Positions 17,746-28,245 are shown, numbered from the stretch's first letter. The stretch is 32,000 nt of DNA from Salinicoccus sp. HZC-1 (GCF_046736035.1 NZ_CP177130.1:1615279-1647278), one strand, 5' to 3'. Made by a program: numbers and translations. Notes: a model not told the origin generated them from the letters alone.

Positions 17746-18383
17746 AGCAGGGCATTTTCCACTTCAAGTTTTCGCTTGTCTGCTCTGAGTTTTGAAATCT
17801 CCCGGTTTAGTTGTTCCGTTTCCGTCAGCTGATCTTCTGATTTCCTGCGGCCGCGTTTATCTTCGAGTCCCATTTCACCATATTCCCGGTATTTTATCAC
17901 AATGGTGCGCGCCTGCTGGTAGCTCACATCAAACCGTTCAGCCAGTTCTCGGTAACTGACATCCCCCTGAGCATGATGTTTTGCGATCTCAATCCGTTCC
18001 TGAACCGTTGTTTTCCGTCCTTTAGTCAATGGTGAAGCCCCCGCTCTCGTCGTTCTTATTTCTTCACCATTATTGTAACGTATAATCCACTGTCGTACAG
18101 TTGTTTTTGACGGTATATCGTATTTGCATGCGAGTTCATAAATGGAAATACTGCCCGTCTGATACTCTTTTGCGACCATTTCTTTAAATGCGCGGGTGTA
18201 GGTTCTGTGTTTCTTTCGTTTCTTTAATCCCTCAGCCCCATGCTTCTCATATTTTTCCTTCCATTCTCTCACTGATTTAGGATTCACCGGATATGTTTTA
18301 CATACATGGCTTATCGGTGTCCCTTTATTCAATTCTAGAACGATTTCCAGCTTTTCTTCGGCCGAAAAATGTCTGGTAGTCAT
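17715..18383 (-). CDS. IS3-family transposase OrfA (helix-turn-helix DNA-binding, leucine-zipper C-terminus)
   Basis: 222 aa with two HTH-like segments and a C-terminal heptad-like LNREISKLRADKRKLEVENALLKKL. The slippery A AAA AAG lies at 17745-17739, 7 codons before the stop. GGAGGGGG RBS. Confidence 0.9.
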   Translation of the reverse strand: MTTRHFSAEEKLEIVLELNKGTPISHVCKTYPVNPKSVREWKEKYEKHGAEGLKKRKKHRTYTRAFKEMVAKEYQTGSISIYELACKYDIPSKTTVRQWIIRYNNGEEIRTTRAGASPLTKGRKTTVQERIEIAKHHAQGDVSYRELAERFDVSYQQARTIVIKYREYGEMGLEDKRGRRKSEDQLTETEQLNREISKLRADKRKLEVENALLKKLDELERN

Positions 18384-18412
18384 AAAGAACCCCCTCCAGG
18401 TTTACAGATGTT

Positions 18413-18447
18413 TTATTTCATCTGTAAACCTGGAGGGGGTCAAATCA
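18413..18447. repeat. IS terminal inverted repeat (orfA-proximal end, IRL) containing a candidate transposase promoter
   Basis: Pairs with 16743-16777. On the minus strand, TTGACC (18443-18438), 17-nt spacer, TGAAAT (18420-15). Confidence 0.8.
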
Positions 18448-18552
18448 TTACACCGGAATCCTTTTTATATAGACTCAGCTATAAACCAATTATTTCAGTT
18501 AAGCACCGAATATATTTATAATGAAGATAAGTATAAATAAGGGGATAATTAT

Positions 18553-19317
18553 ATGTGTTTAATTAATTTTCAATTGAACCACCATGATAAGTACAAACTA
18601 ATTTTGGCTGCTAACAGAGATGAGGAGTATCATCGTCCGACGGAATCTGCAGATTTTTGGGATGAGGATGGGAATATTCTTGCCGGAAGGGATCTAAGAG
18701 GCATGGGAACCTGGCTGGGTGTTACTAAAGGAGGCCGTATCGCTGCACTTACAAATATACGCAACCATGATGAATTGCTTAAAACAACTCAAAAAACCAG
18801 AGGTTTACTAGTCAGTGAATTTTTACGGAAAGAAATCGATCCATCCGCCTACCTTCAAGAAATCAGTAAAGATGCTGATGAATATTCCGGCTTCAACTTA
18901 ATTGCCGGCACCAGTGATGAGTTATATTACTTGAATAATTATGATAGAGAAGTCGTCAAAATTAAAGATGGTGTTCATGGTCTCAGTAATCATCATCTCA
19001 ACACGCCATGGCCAAAAGTCATTAAAGGAAAAGAAGCGCTCGCTCAAATTACATCACAAAACGATTTCACTGTAGAAGATTTATTCAAGCTGCTTAAAAA
19101 CAATGACACTGCACCGCTGGAAAACCTGCCCGATACAGGATTGTCTAAAGATTTGGAAGAAAAGCTGTCACCGTTATTCATCGATACGGAAAATTATGGT
19201 ACACGCTGCTCTACTGTAGTACTTATCGATAAATCCAATAATGTCGATTTTATCGAACGGTCTTATGTTCATGGCAAAATGACCAATGAAGAACGACATT
19301 CCTTTACGATTGAATAG
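18553..19317 (+). CDS. NRDE family protein (TANGO2/DUF833-like)
   Basis: N-terminal Met-Cys followed by LILAANRDEEYHRPT, which contains the NRDE motif. Confidence 0.8.
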   Translation: MCLINFQLNHHDKYKLILAANRDEEYHRPTESADFWDEDGNILAGRDLRGMGTWLGVTKGGRIAALTNIRNHDELLKTTQKTRGLLVSEFLRKEIDPSAYLQEISKDADEYSGFNLIAGTSDELYYLNNYDREVVKIKDGVHGLSNHHLNTPWPKVIKGKEALAQITSQNDFTVEDLFKLLKNNDTAPLENLPDTGLSKDLEEKLSPLFIDTENYGTRCSTVVLIDKSNNVDFIERSYVHGKMTNEERHSFTIE

Positions 19318-19320
19318 TTT

Positions 19321-19353
19321 AAAAGGCCCTATGAAAATTTCATAGGACCTTTT
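19321..19353. terminator. Bidirectional terminator between convergent genes
   Basis: aaaaggccctatgaaa / tttcataggacctttt palindrome with one mismatch. Confidence 0.7.
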
Positions 19354-19366
19354 AACTATTCGCCTT

Positions 19367-20371
19367 TTATTCTTCAATGACTGATGTAGAGTGTCTTGGC
19401 TGATGTTTTGCTTCAGGATCGGTATGGACTTTTGCACTGGCTACGGCGATTGGTGCCTCTCCGAACCCTGTAGCAATCAACTTCACTTTTCCCTCATAGG
19501 TATTAATGTCACCAACAGCATATACTCCTTCAATATTCGTCTCCATTCTCGAATTTACCAGAATATCGTTTCTATCAATCTCCAGACCCCAGTTTTTCAT
19601 CGGTCCGAGGGTTGAGGAAAATCCATAGTTACATATGAATTCATCCCCTTCTATGTCGATTTCCATATCTTCCTTCGCATGCTTAACCGTGATGGTATTT
19701 ATTTTTTCAGATGCTTCGAAAGAGACTGGGTTAAATGGCGTTAAAATATTCACAGTAGAATCTTTTAGATTCTGAACACTTGATTCATGGGCTCTGAATT
19801 TATCTCTTCTATGAATCAAAGTTACAGACCGTGCAATCGGCTCCAGCATCAATGCCCAATCGACGGCTGAGTCTCCACCACCAAATATCACTGCATTCCT
19901 GTCTTTATATTTATTCAGATCTGTGATGAAATAATTCAAATTAATATCTTCGTACTCCTCAATATTTGGCAGTTTCATGCGCTTAGGTTCAAACGAACCA
20001 TTGCCACTTGCCAGAATAATTGTTTTGCTGTGGAATACTTCACCATTTTCAGTTTCCAATGTAAAATTCCCATCTCGTGTTTTAAAGATGTCAGTGACAT
20101 TTGTAGACAGCGATACATCAATAGGAAAACGACTCATTTGCTCTTCTAAATTTCTTACTATATCTTTCGCCTTTGCCTTTGGAAAACCAGGTATGTCGTA
20201 TATATACTTTTCAGGATAAAGTGTTGTCAGCTGTCCGCCCAATTCAGGCAGACTATCGACTAAACGCACTTTCAATGATCTTAATCCTGCATAATAGGCT
20301 GTGAACATGCCTACCGGTCCTGCTCCAATTACAACAGTATCATATAATTCTTTTTCTTCTTCTTTCTCCAT
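19367..20371 (-). CDS. Ferredoxin-NADP+ reductase, thioredoxin-reductase-like type 2 (YumC-like)
   Basis: YDTVVIGAGPVGMFTAYYAGLRSLKVRLVDSLPELGGQLTTLYPEKYIYDIPGFP is closely YumC-like. A second dinucleotide motif is IFGGGDSAVDWA. Confidence 0.85.
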   Translation of the reverse strand: MEKEEEKELYDTVVIGAGPVGMFTAYYAGLRSLKVRLVDSLPELGGQLTTLYPEKYIYDIPGFPKAKAKDIVRNLEEQMSRFPIDVSLSTNVTDIFKTRDGNFTLETENGEVFHSKTIILASGNGSFEPKRMKLPNIEEYEDINLNYFITDLNKYKDRNAVIFGGGDSAVDWALMLEPIARSVTLIHRRDKFRAHESSVQNLKDSTVNILTPFNPVSFEASEKINTITVKHAKEDMEIDIEGDEFICNYGFSSTLGPMKNWGLEIDRNDILVNSRMETNIEGVYAVGDINTYEGKVKLIATGFGEAPIAVASAKVHTDPEAKHQPRHSTSVIEE

Positions 20372-20390
20372 TCTTTACCCCTCCTCATTT

Positions 20391-20404
20391 TGAAAACGTT
20401 CTCT
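20391..20404. promoter_or_regulatory. cre-like (CcpA) box in the 5' UTR of the ferredoxin-NADP reductase gene
   Basis: TGAAAACGTTCTCT matches TGWAANCGNTNWCA at 13/14 positions. It ends only a few nt upstream of the GAGGAGGGG RBS. Confidence 0.4.
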
Positions 20405-20585
20405 GATTTAAAAAACGTTATAGAAGAATGGTCTTGCTCCTCTTATAATCATTTATATAACTATTGTATCATTTTATTTATTCAATTCATTGTAAATGAA
20501 ATACTCACAGTAATGGTTTTGTAATACAGGCTTTATCAGTGATACAACAAATAATCTTTCAAAAATACTCCTTGAGTTAAAACTT

Positions 20586-20616
20586 CAAAAATAGCGACCG
20601 GTATATACCGGTCGCT
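20586..20616 (-). terminator. Terminator of the LemA-TPM operon
   Basis: Perfect palindrome agcgaccggtatataccggtcgct (20593-20616), followed by auuuuug on the minus strand. Confidence 0.75.
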
Positions 20617-20621
20617 TTTAT

Positions 20622-21491
20622 CTAGAAACCACGGCCGGCACCGCCGCCGCCTCCGGATCCTCCACCGAAGCCACCGAAACCGCCGCCTCCGCCGAAGCCG
20701 CCGGTACCTCCACCGCCGGAAGGCGGGAAGAATATAACCGGACCTCTTCTGCGGCCGCCACGGCCACCCGGGCCTTTAGGTGGTCTGCCACCTCCGCCGG
20801 TGATTATTTTATAGAGTATATATATGACAATGATTGAAAATATCAGCCTGAAGATAACCTCAAAAAGACTGAGGGGTGAACCCGCTCCGCTGCCCCTGTC
20901 TTCAATCGGCGCATCCCGTGTAAATTCACCATCTTCATAACCGTACGCATCCAGCGATTCCTGATAGAGGGCATTATATAGATTTGCAAGCCCTGTCTGG
21001 TAATGTTCACTGGCTGCGTCAGAGCCTTCCTCTTCTTCTGATGCTGCAATGAAGTGCTCAAACGCGACTTCATCGATGATTGCACCAATTTTCGCATCAT
21101 TTAGATACCCTTCTATACCATAACCGACCTGCACTTCAACCCCTCGGTTATTAAATTCATTACCGTTGTCTAAATTTAAAAGGATAACTATACCATTATC
21201 CTTCTCTTCCTTACCTACACCATATTCCCTCAGAGCTTTTAAGGCATAGTCCTGTCTATGCTCCTGGCCGGTTGTCGGCATTGTCATCAGCAGCAACTCA
21301 ACGCCGGTACCTTCTTCCAGATGTGCTCCCTTCTCATTCAGCTCATCAATCGTACTGCCGCTCAACACTTCGGCATTATCCTGTACAAAATAATGGGAAG
21401 TATTCAGATCAGGAAGATCCACCCGTGCTTCTGCACTCAGTGGAAAAAGAAGGAATGAAATTACTATTAGAACAAGTACACGTTTCATCAT
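20622..21491 (-). CDS. TPM-domain (YgcG-like) membrane protein with a Gly/Arg/Pro-rich C-terminal tail
   Basis: Signal peptide (LFPLSAEA), a TPM-like domain, a TM helix (LIFSIIVIYILYKII) and then a tail of ~65 aa, GGGGRPPKGPGGRGGRRRG...GGFGGGGGFGGFGGGSGGGGGAGRGF. Confidence 0.75.
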   Translation of the reverse strand: MMKRVLVLIVISFLLFPLSAEARVDLPDLNTSHYFVQDNAEVLSGSTIDELNEKGAHLEEGTGVELLLMTMPTTGQEHRQDYALKALREYGVGKEEKDNGIVILLNLDNGNEFNNRGVEVQVGYGIEGYLNDAKIGAIIDEVAFEHFIAASEEEEGSDAASEHYQTGLANLYNALYQESLDAYGYEDGEFTRDAPIEDRGSGAGSPLSLFEVIFRLIFSIIVIYILYKIITGGGGRPPKGPGGRGGRRRGPVIFFPPSGGGGTGGFGGGGGFGGFGGGSGGGGGAGRGF

Positions 21492-22081
21492 TCTTCACCG
21501 GAGCCGTCCTGCTCTGTGTTGAACTCGACACCCGGCACTTCCTGACTGGATTCATCCGCTTCAAAATATTCTTTTTCATCGAATCCGAATAACCCTGCAA
21601 TGATGTTGCCCGGGAATGTACGGGTATTTCTGTTGTACTCTGAAACCGCAGTATTGTAGTCCTGACGTGCTACAGCTATACGGTTTTCAGCACCTGCCAG
21701 TTCATCCCTCAGTCCTGTAAATTGCTTGTCAGCCTTCAAATCCGGATAATTTTCGGAAATCGCAAGGAGTCTCGATAAAGCCGAGGTCACTTCATTATTC
21801 GCTTCAGCCATCTCTTCAACGTTCTGCGCGCCTGAAAGTTGGCTTCTTGCATCAGCAATATCTGTGAAAACTTCCTCTTCATGGGATGCATAGCCCTGTA
21901 CAGTATTTACCAGGTTGGGGATTAAGTCCCCTCTTCGCTGCAGCTGCGTTTCAATCTGTGACTCCTGTTTGTTCACTTCCTCATCAAGGTTGACGAACTG
22001 ATTATATTTCGGAGCAAATATGAGTGCGGCAATCACAAAAAGTCCGACTATGATACCAACCGGTATTAAATATTTTTTCAT
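21488..22081 (-). CDS. LemA family protein
   Basis: N-terminal TM helix followed by YNQFVNLDEEVNKQESQIETQLQRRGDLIPNLV, typical of LemA. Its stop overlaps the TPM start (ATGA). Confidence 0.85.
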   Translation of the reverse strand: MKKYLIPVGIIVGLFVIAALIFAPKYNQFVNLDEEVNKQESQIETQLQRRGDLIPNLVNTVQGYASHEEEVFTDIADARSQLSGAQNVEEMAEANNEVTSALSRLLAISENYPDLKADKQFTGLRDELAGAENRIAVARQDYNTAVSEYNRNTRTFPGNIIAGLFGFDEKEYFEADESSQEVPGVEFNTEQDGSGEE

Positions 22082-22145
22082 ATAATTTTCTCCTATCTAT
22101 ATGGGTTCATACTTATTTATATTCTACCATTGGATGTCATAATTG

Positions 22146-22184
22146 AAACCAAATAAGCACAAATACCAATGATGGTATTTGTGC
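22146..22184 (-). terminator. Terminator of tyrS
   Basis: 12-bp perfect stem gcacaaatacca (22157-22168) / tggtatttgtgc (22173-22184) with a 4-nt loop, followed by uuauuugguuu on the minus strand. Confidence 0.7.
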
Positions 22185-22193
22185 CTGGTACAA

Positions 22194-23696
<1,503 letters not shown>

Positions 23697-23702
23697 AGCA
23701 AC

Positions 23703-23731
23703 ATCATACATTTTTGATTGTGAAAAGTCAA
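23703..23731 (-). promoter_or_regulatory. Sigma-A promoter of the tyrS T-box leader
   Basis: Minus strand TTGACT (23731-23726), 17-nt spacer ending in TG, TATGAT (23708-23703), which gives an extended -10. Confidence 0.65.
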
Positions 23732-23843
23732 GCAGATGGAGAGGGTGAATATCTAAATTCTTTCCAATGATAATGTGGATGTGGTAACATGAATAATCGC
23801 TAAGATACGGCGTTTATTCCATTAACTCCGGCACTTATTTCTA

Positions 23844-23852
23844 TGTTATAAT
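23844..23852 (+). promoter_or_regulatory. Candidate extended -10 promoter element of the PBP gene
   Basis: TGtTATAAT lies 21 nt upstream of the ATG. The -35 is poor, and the leader would be short. Confidence 0.4.
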
Positions 23853-23873
23853 GACCGATGACAGGAGGTAGTC

Positions 23874-26405
23874 ATGAAGAAGAAAAACGACTTTTTAAAC
23901 GATATAAAAAAGATGTTTTCCCGTGGTGATGAAAATGTAGAAAAAGATAAGCTGCATGGATCATCATTAAAGGAAAAAATTAATAATGCGGCAAACCGTT
24001 TCAAAAAAGCAGGTTCTCCTGTGAGAATATCATTCTTCACTGCTTACGATACCATATGGAACGTCATACTCTTTTTACTTCTCTCCTTTACACTGCTGGG
24101 GATACTCGTATTCAGTATCGGCCTCGGGTACTTTGCTGCACTAGTAAATGATGAGCAGGTCCAACCTGCCGAAGAAGTGAAGACCGCGTTGACGGAGATG
24201 ACAGAAAGTACAACAGTCGCTTTTGGTTCTGGTGAATCTCTGGGAACTTTAAGAGCGGACCTGATACGTGAACGTATAGATTATGACGATATTTCACCTT
24301 ACGTTACAGATGCACTCGTCGCTACCGAAGATGAGTATTTTTATGAACATAATGGCATCGTACCCAAAGCATTCCTGAGAGCGACATTGCAGCAGGTTGC
24401 AGGTTCTGAATCAGGAACAGGCGGCAGTACGCTTACACAACAGCTTGTCAAAAATCAGCTTTTGACAAATGAAACGACATTCGACCGTAAAGCAACCGAA
24501 CTCTTACTCGCATTCAGGGTTGAAAAATTACTTAACAAGGAAGAAATACTTGGATCCTACTTGAACGCAGTATCATTTGGACGAAATGCCAACGGACAAA
24601 ATATTGCCGGTGTCCAGGCTGCAGCTGAAGGAATATTCGGCAAAAACGCAAGTGATCTGAACCTGGCAGAGAGTGCATTTATAGCCGGCCTCCCACAGAA
24701 TCCTTATGCATATACTCCATTTATGCAGGGAGGAGTTGTAAAAGAGGAAGAACAACTCCAAGCTGGTAAAAACAGACAATTGTTCGTTTTAGAGCGTATG
24801 CTCACAGAAAAAATAATCACTCAGGAGGAATACGACAAAGCAGTCAATTATGATCTTTACGCCAACTTGACTGACAGTGTCACAGTGCCGAACCAAAACT
24901 ATCCATTCCTGACTGATGAGGTTGAAAGACGCAGTATAGGCATTCTTAAATATCATCTTGCTGAAGAAGATGGTGTTTCAAGGGAAGATATCAATTCGAC
25001 ACCTCTTCTCAATCAGGAATATACCCAAAAGGCCAACCGGGCACTCCGTAATCAGGGCTATCATATTGATATAACGATTGACAAGAATATTTATGACACA
25101 ATGCAGAATGTCAAAGACAATTCCAATTACTATTATGGCTCAAGAAGCATACAGGAAGCCGAGGATGCTTCAGAAGAGGAACAACAGGAAAGTGACCAGG
25201 AGTTCGATCATGAAATCGGGGCAATGCTGAAAGATAACGCCTCAGGTAAAATTCTCGGATTCATCGGTGGCAGAAATCATGAGGAATCTTCTGTAAACCA
25301 TGCCACACAGACGACCAGAAGTGCAGGTTCGACGATGAAACCGTTGATCACCTACGGTCCGGCATTGGATAAAGGGATCATTGCACCGGATACGGTATTA
25401 CTGGATAAATTCTTTACGATTCCAGATATCGACTATAGCCCGAGAAACTACGATGTGGATGAGGAATTCGGGCTTGTTTCAGCGAAGCATGCACTCAGTA
25501 ATTCATATAACCTGAGTACACTCAGATTATGGTCCGATGTAAGGGAACATAATCCGCAGGAGTATTTCGATAAGATGGGGATACCTCTAGAAGGTCCGCT
25601 TGTACCATCACTGCCCCTTGGTGTAAACGATATGTCTGTGCAGGAAAACGTTGATGCATTTTCTACTTTCGGCAATGAAGGCGTTATGGCCGAAAGCTAC
25701 ATGATTGAATCCATAACCAGCCCGAATGGTGAAGTAATCTATGAACATGAGAGCAGTTCTACTGAAGTGTTCAAAGATTCAACAGCCTTCCTGATGTCGG
25801 ATATGCTGCAGGAATCATTCCAGACAGGTTCTGCCTATTATATCAGTGACTTCTACGACAGGAATGAGGATACGTATGACTGGGCGGCAAAAACGGGTAC
25901 ATCCAACTCATTCATCGACTCCTGGTTCATGGGGTACAATCCTAAAGTCACTTTAGGCGTATGGATGGGATATGACAGAAATATTCCACAGGTCGCCAAT
26001 CAGGACGCTGAACAGCATATGCATGTATACAACTGGAGAGATATGGCTACAGCACTGTCTGAAGTCGCTCCTGAAGAAATGGGCGCAAATCAGATGTTCA
26101 GCCGCCCCGATTCCGTGCGGGAAGTTGAATATTGTGCATTGACGATGGAAAGTGAAGATGACTGTAATAAGAGTCTGGATGATCCAATTGAAGGACTTAT
26201 TGCAGAAGATACAAAGCTATCGGATAAAAGCAGTCTAAGTAATGATTCGATCCAGCAGAGAATGGGGGCTGCATTTGACTCTGAATTAAGCAATTCGGAT
26301 CTCAGAGGCACTGTCACCAACACCTATGATGACACTTATACTGTCGGAGGATCATCAAGCGACGACGATGATGAAGACGATGATGATGAAGACGATGAAA
26401 ACTAA
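23874..26405 (+). CDS. Class A (bifunctional glycosyltransferase/transpeptidase) penicillin-binding protein
   Basis: GT51 motifs EDEYFYEHNG, GGSTLTQQLVKN and RKATELLLAFRVE. Transpeptidase motifs SAGSTMKP (SxxK), SNS and KTGTS. One TM helix after a cytoplasmic N-terminus of ~60 aa. AGGAGG RBS. Confidence 0.9.
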   Translation: MKKKNDFLNDIKKMFSRGDENVEKDKLHGSSLKEKINNAANRFKKAGSPVRISFFTAYDTIWNVILFLLLSFTLLGILVFSIGLGYFAALVNDEQVQPAEEVKTALTEMTESTTVAFGSGESLGTLRADLIRERIDYDDISPYVTDALVATEDEYFYEHNGIVPKAFLRATLQQVAGSESGTGGSTLTQQLVKNQLLTNETTFDRKATELLLAFRVEKLLNKEEILGSYLNAVSFGRNANGQNIAGVQAAAEGIFGKNASDLNLAESAFIAGLPQNPYAYTPFMQGGVVKEEEQLQAGKNRQLFVLERMLTEKIITQEEYDKAVNYDLYANLTDSVTVPNQNYPFLTDEVERRSIGILKYHLAEEDGVSREDINSTPLLNQEYTQKANRALRNQGYHIDITIDKNIYDTMQNVKDNSNYYYGSRSIQEAEDASEEEQQESDQEFDHEIGAMLKDNASGKILGFIGGRNHEESSVNHATQTTRSAGSTMKPLITYGPALDKGIIAPDTVLLDKFFTIPDIDYSPRNYDVDEEFGLVSAKHALSNSYNLSTLRLWSDVREHNPQEYFDKMGIPLEGPLVPSLPLGVNDMSVQENVDAFSTFGNEGVMAESYMIESITSPNGEVIYEHESSSTEVFKDSTAFLMSDMLQESFQTGSAYYISDFYDRNEDTYDWAAKTGTSNSFIDSWFMGYNPKVTLGVWMGYDRNIPQVANQDAEQHMHVYNWRDMATALSEVAPEEMGANQMFSRPDSVREVEYCALTMESEDDCNKSLDDPIEGLIAEDTKLSDKSSLSNDSIQQRMGAAFDSELSNSDLRGTVTNTYDDTYTVGGSSSDDDDEDDDDEDDEN

Positions 26406-26410
26406 ACACT

Positions 26411-26449
26411 AAAAAAGGTTAACCAGAAATATTCTGGTTAACCTTTTTT
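26411..26449. terminator. Bidirectional terminator between the PBP gene and fhs
   Basis: aaaaaaggttaaccagaa / ttctggttaacctttttt, a perfect 18-nt palindromic pair of arms with a 4-nt loop. Confidence 0.8.
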
Positions 26450-26461
26450 AAATCCTTTATT

Positions 26462-28129
26462 TTAGAACAGTCCTTTAGAATTACCGTCTGCATCTACATC
26501 CATATTAACAGCAGAAGGTGTCTTAGGAAGCCCCGGCATCGTCATGATATCACCAGTCAGTGCAACGACAAATCCGGCGCCTGCTTTGACAACGACTTCT
26601 CTGACAGTGACTTTAAATCCGTCCGGTCTGCCAAGTAATGTTGGATCATCACTTAATGAATACTGTGTTTTAGCCATACAAACCGGGAAATCCCCCCATC
26701 CGTGACGTTCGATTTCAGCGAGTTGTTTTTTCGCTTTATCAGTGAAGTCTACACCCTCACCGCCATACACTTCAGTAACGATTTTTTCAATCTTTTGATC
26801 GATTGGAAGTTCATTTTCATAAAGATGCTTGAAGTTCTGTTCTTGTTCTAGCACTTCAAGAACCTGCTCTGCAAGGTCAGTACCGCCTGCACCACCATGT
26901 TCCCAGACTTTAGTAAGTGCTACACGGACACCCTGTTCCTTGCACCAGTCAAGAACATAGTTTCTTTCTTCGTCTGTATCAGTAACGAAATCATTTAAGG
27001 CAACAACGGGTTCCACTCCGAATTTACGCGCGTTTTCAATATGTTTTTCAAGGTTTACGATGCCTTCTTTAAGTGCATCTACATTTGCTTCACCAAGATC
27101 GCTCTTAGCTACTCCGCCGTTCATTTTAAGTGCACGGATTGTAGCAACCAGCACAATTACATCAGGAGCAAACTCCCCTTTTCTCGCTTTGATATTCATG
27201 AATTTTTCTCCACCAAGGTCAGATCCGAATCCACATTCAGTCACAACAATGTCAGCTAATTTTCTGGCTGTGTTGGTTGCGATCAATGAGTTACACCCAT
27301 GAGCGATGTTCGCAAATGGACCGCCGTGGATAAGCGCTGGAGTTCCTTCCATAGTCTGAACAAAGTTTGGTTTGATCGCTTCTCTAAGAAGCAGTGCCAG
27401 TGCACCTTCCACTTCCAGCTGTCCTACGGTAACCGGTTCTTTATCATATGTGTAACCGAATACGATATCAGAAAGTTTCTTCTTAAGATCAGTAATATCA
27501 CTTGCCAGACACAGTATAGCCATGATTTCACTCGCAACTGTAATATCAAAACCGTCTTCTCTAGGCACACCGCGTGTTACCCCGCCGAGACCAACAATGA
27601 CCTGACGCAATGCGCGGTCGTTCATATCCATTACACGTTTCCATGTTACACGGCGTGGATCGATATTCAGTTGGTTTCCATGATGGATGTGGTTGTCGAT
27701 AAAAGCAGCCAATGCATTATTTGCTGTAGTAATTGCATGAAGGTCTCCGTTGAAATGAAGATTGATTTCTTCCATAGGCAGAACTTGGGCTTGCCCACCG
27801 CCTGTAGCGCCCCCCTTGATACCCATGACTGGTCCAAGTGACGGTTCACGCAAGGCAACCATTACATTTTTTTCAAGTTTATTGAAGGCATCTGCCAAAC
27901 CTACAGTACAAGTAGATTTACCTTCGCCGGCCGGTGTCGGGTTCATTGCAGATACCAGGACCACTTTGGATTTAGACTTGTCACCATGAACCTTATGTAT
28001 GTCGACTTTAGCTTTATATTTCCCATACATCTCCAAAGAATCATGAGAAATACCTGCTTTATCAGCAATATCCTGTATTGGTTTGATTTCAGCCTGTGAT
28101 GCAATTTCCTGATCAGTCAAATGTGCCAT
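26462..28129 (-). CDS. fhs: Formate--tetrahydrofolate ligase
   Basis: 555 aa. [15 protein letters not shown]-loop, with full-length similarity to Fhs (DIADKAGI...MYGKYKAK..., [18 protein letters not shown]). Confidence 0.95.
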   Translation of the reverse strand: MAHLTDQEIASQAEIKPIQDIADKAGISHDSLEMYGKYKAKVDIHKVHGDKSKSKVVLVSAMNPTPAGEGKSTCTVGLADAFNKLEKNVMVALREPSLGPVMGIKGGATGGGQAQVLPMEEINLHFNGDLHAITTANNALAAFIDNHIHHGNQLNIDPRRVTWKRVMDMNDRALRQVIVGLGGVTRGVPREDGFDITVASEIMAILCLASDITDLKKKLSDIVFGYTYDKEPVTVGQLEVEGALALLLREAIKPNFVQTMEGTPALIHGGPFANIAHGCNSLIATNTARKLADIVVTECGFGSDLGGEKFMNIKARKGEFAPDVIVLVATIRALKMNGGVAKSDLGEANVDALKEGIVNLEKHIENARKFGVEPVVALNDFVTDTDEERNYVLDWCKEQGVRVALTKVWEHGGAGGTDLAEQVLEVLEQEQNFKHLYENELPIDQKIEKIVTEVYGGEGVDFTDKAKKQLAEIERHGWGDFPVCMAKTQYSLSDDPTLLGRPDGFKVTVREVVVKAGAGFVVALTGDIMTMPGLPKTPSAVNMDVDADGNSKGLF

Positions 28130-28171
28130 AATTTCATCTCCTGTAATTGTTATGCGTCCCCAATACGGGCC

Positions 28172-28200
28172 TTTATAATCTATTATGACATACTATTCAA
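28172..28200 (-). promoter_or_regulatory. Candidate sigma-A promoter of fhs
   Basis: Minus strand TTGAAT (28200-28195), 17-nt spacer, TATAAA (28177-28172), immediately after the acsA terminator. Confidence 0.5.
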
Positions 28201-28233
28201 AATATTGCCCCTGGTAACTTACCAGGGGCAATA
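28199..28233 (-). terminator. Terminator of acsA
   Basis: Perfect 15-nt arms tattgcccctggtaa (28203-28217) / ttaccaggggcaata (28219-28233), followed by uuuu on the minus strand. Confidence 0.7.
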
Positions 28234-28245
28234 ATCATTTAAATT

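Larger units (their letters stand above)
16743..18447 (-). mobile_element. IS3-family insertion sequence (IS150-group-like), 1705 bp, apparently intact
   Basis: TG...CA termini, 35-bp imperfect terminal inverted repeats (28/35 identical), orfA and orfB with an A AAA AAG -1 frameshift site, and a TTA direct repeat at 16740-16742 and 18448-18450. Confidence 0.9.

Noticed and set aside
16743-18447. A strong junction promoter (-35 in one IS end, -10 in the other) that would form on circularisation, as in IS911 or IS2.
   Set aside because: Joining the ends with the 3-bp spacer gives TATGAT as a -10, but the best -35 (TTGTAA) is 21 nt away. The spacing does not support the idea without experimental data.
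20430-20460. A Fur-box-like sequence (aaatgattataag) upstream of the ferredoxin-NADP reductase gene.
   Set aside because: It is only a partial match to the 7-1-7 TGATAAT-n-ATTATCA motif and cannot be distinguished from AT-rich background.
20625-20800. A sharply GC-rich, repetitive tract that looked like foreign DNA or a tandem repeat.
   Set aside because: It is fully explained by GGN/CCN/CGN codons of the Gly/Pro/Arg-rich tail of the TPM protein. It is in frame with no repeat unit structure beyond codon bias.
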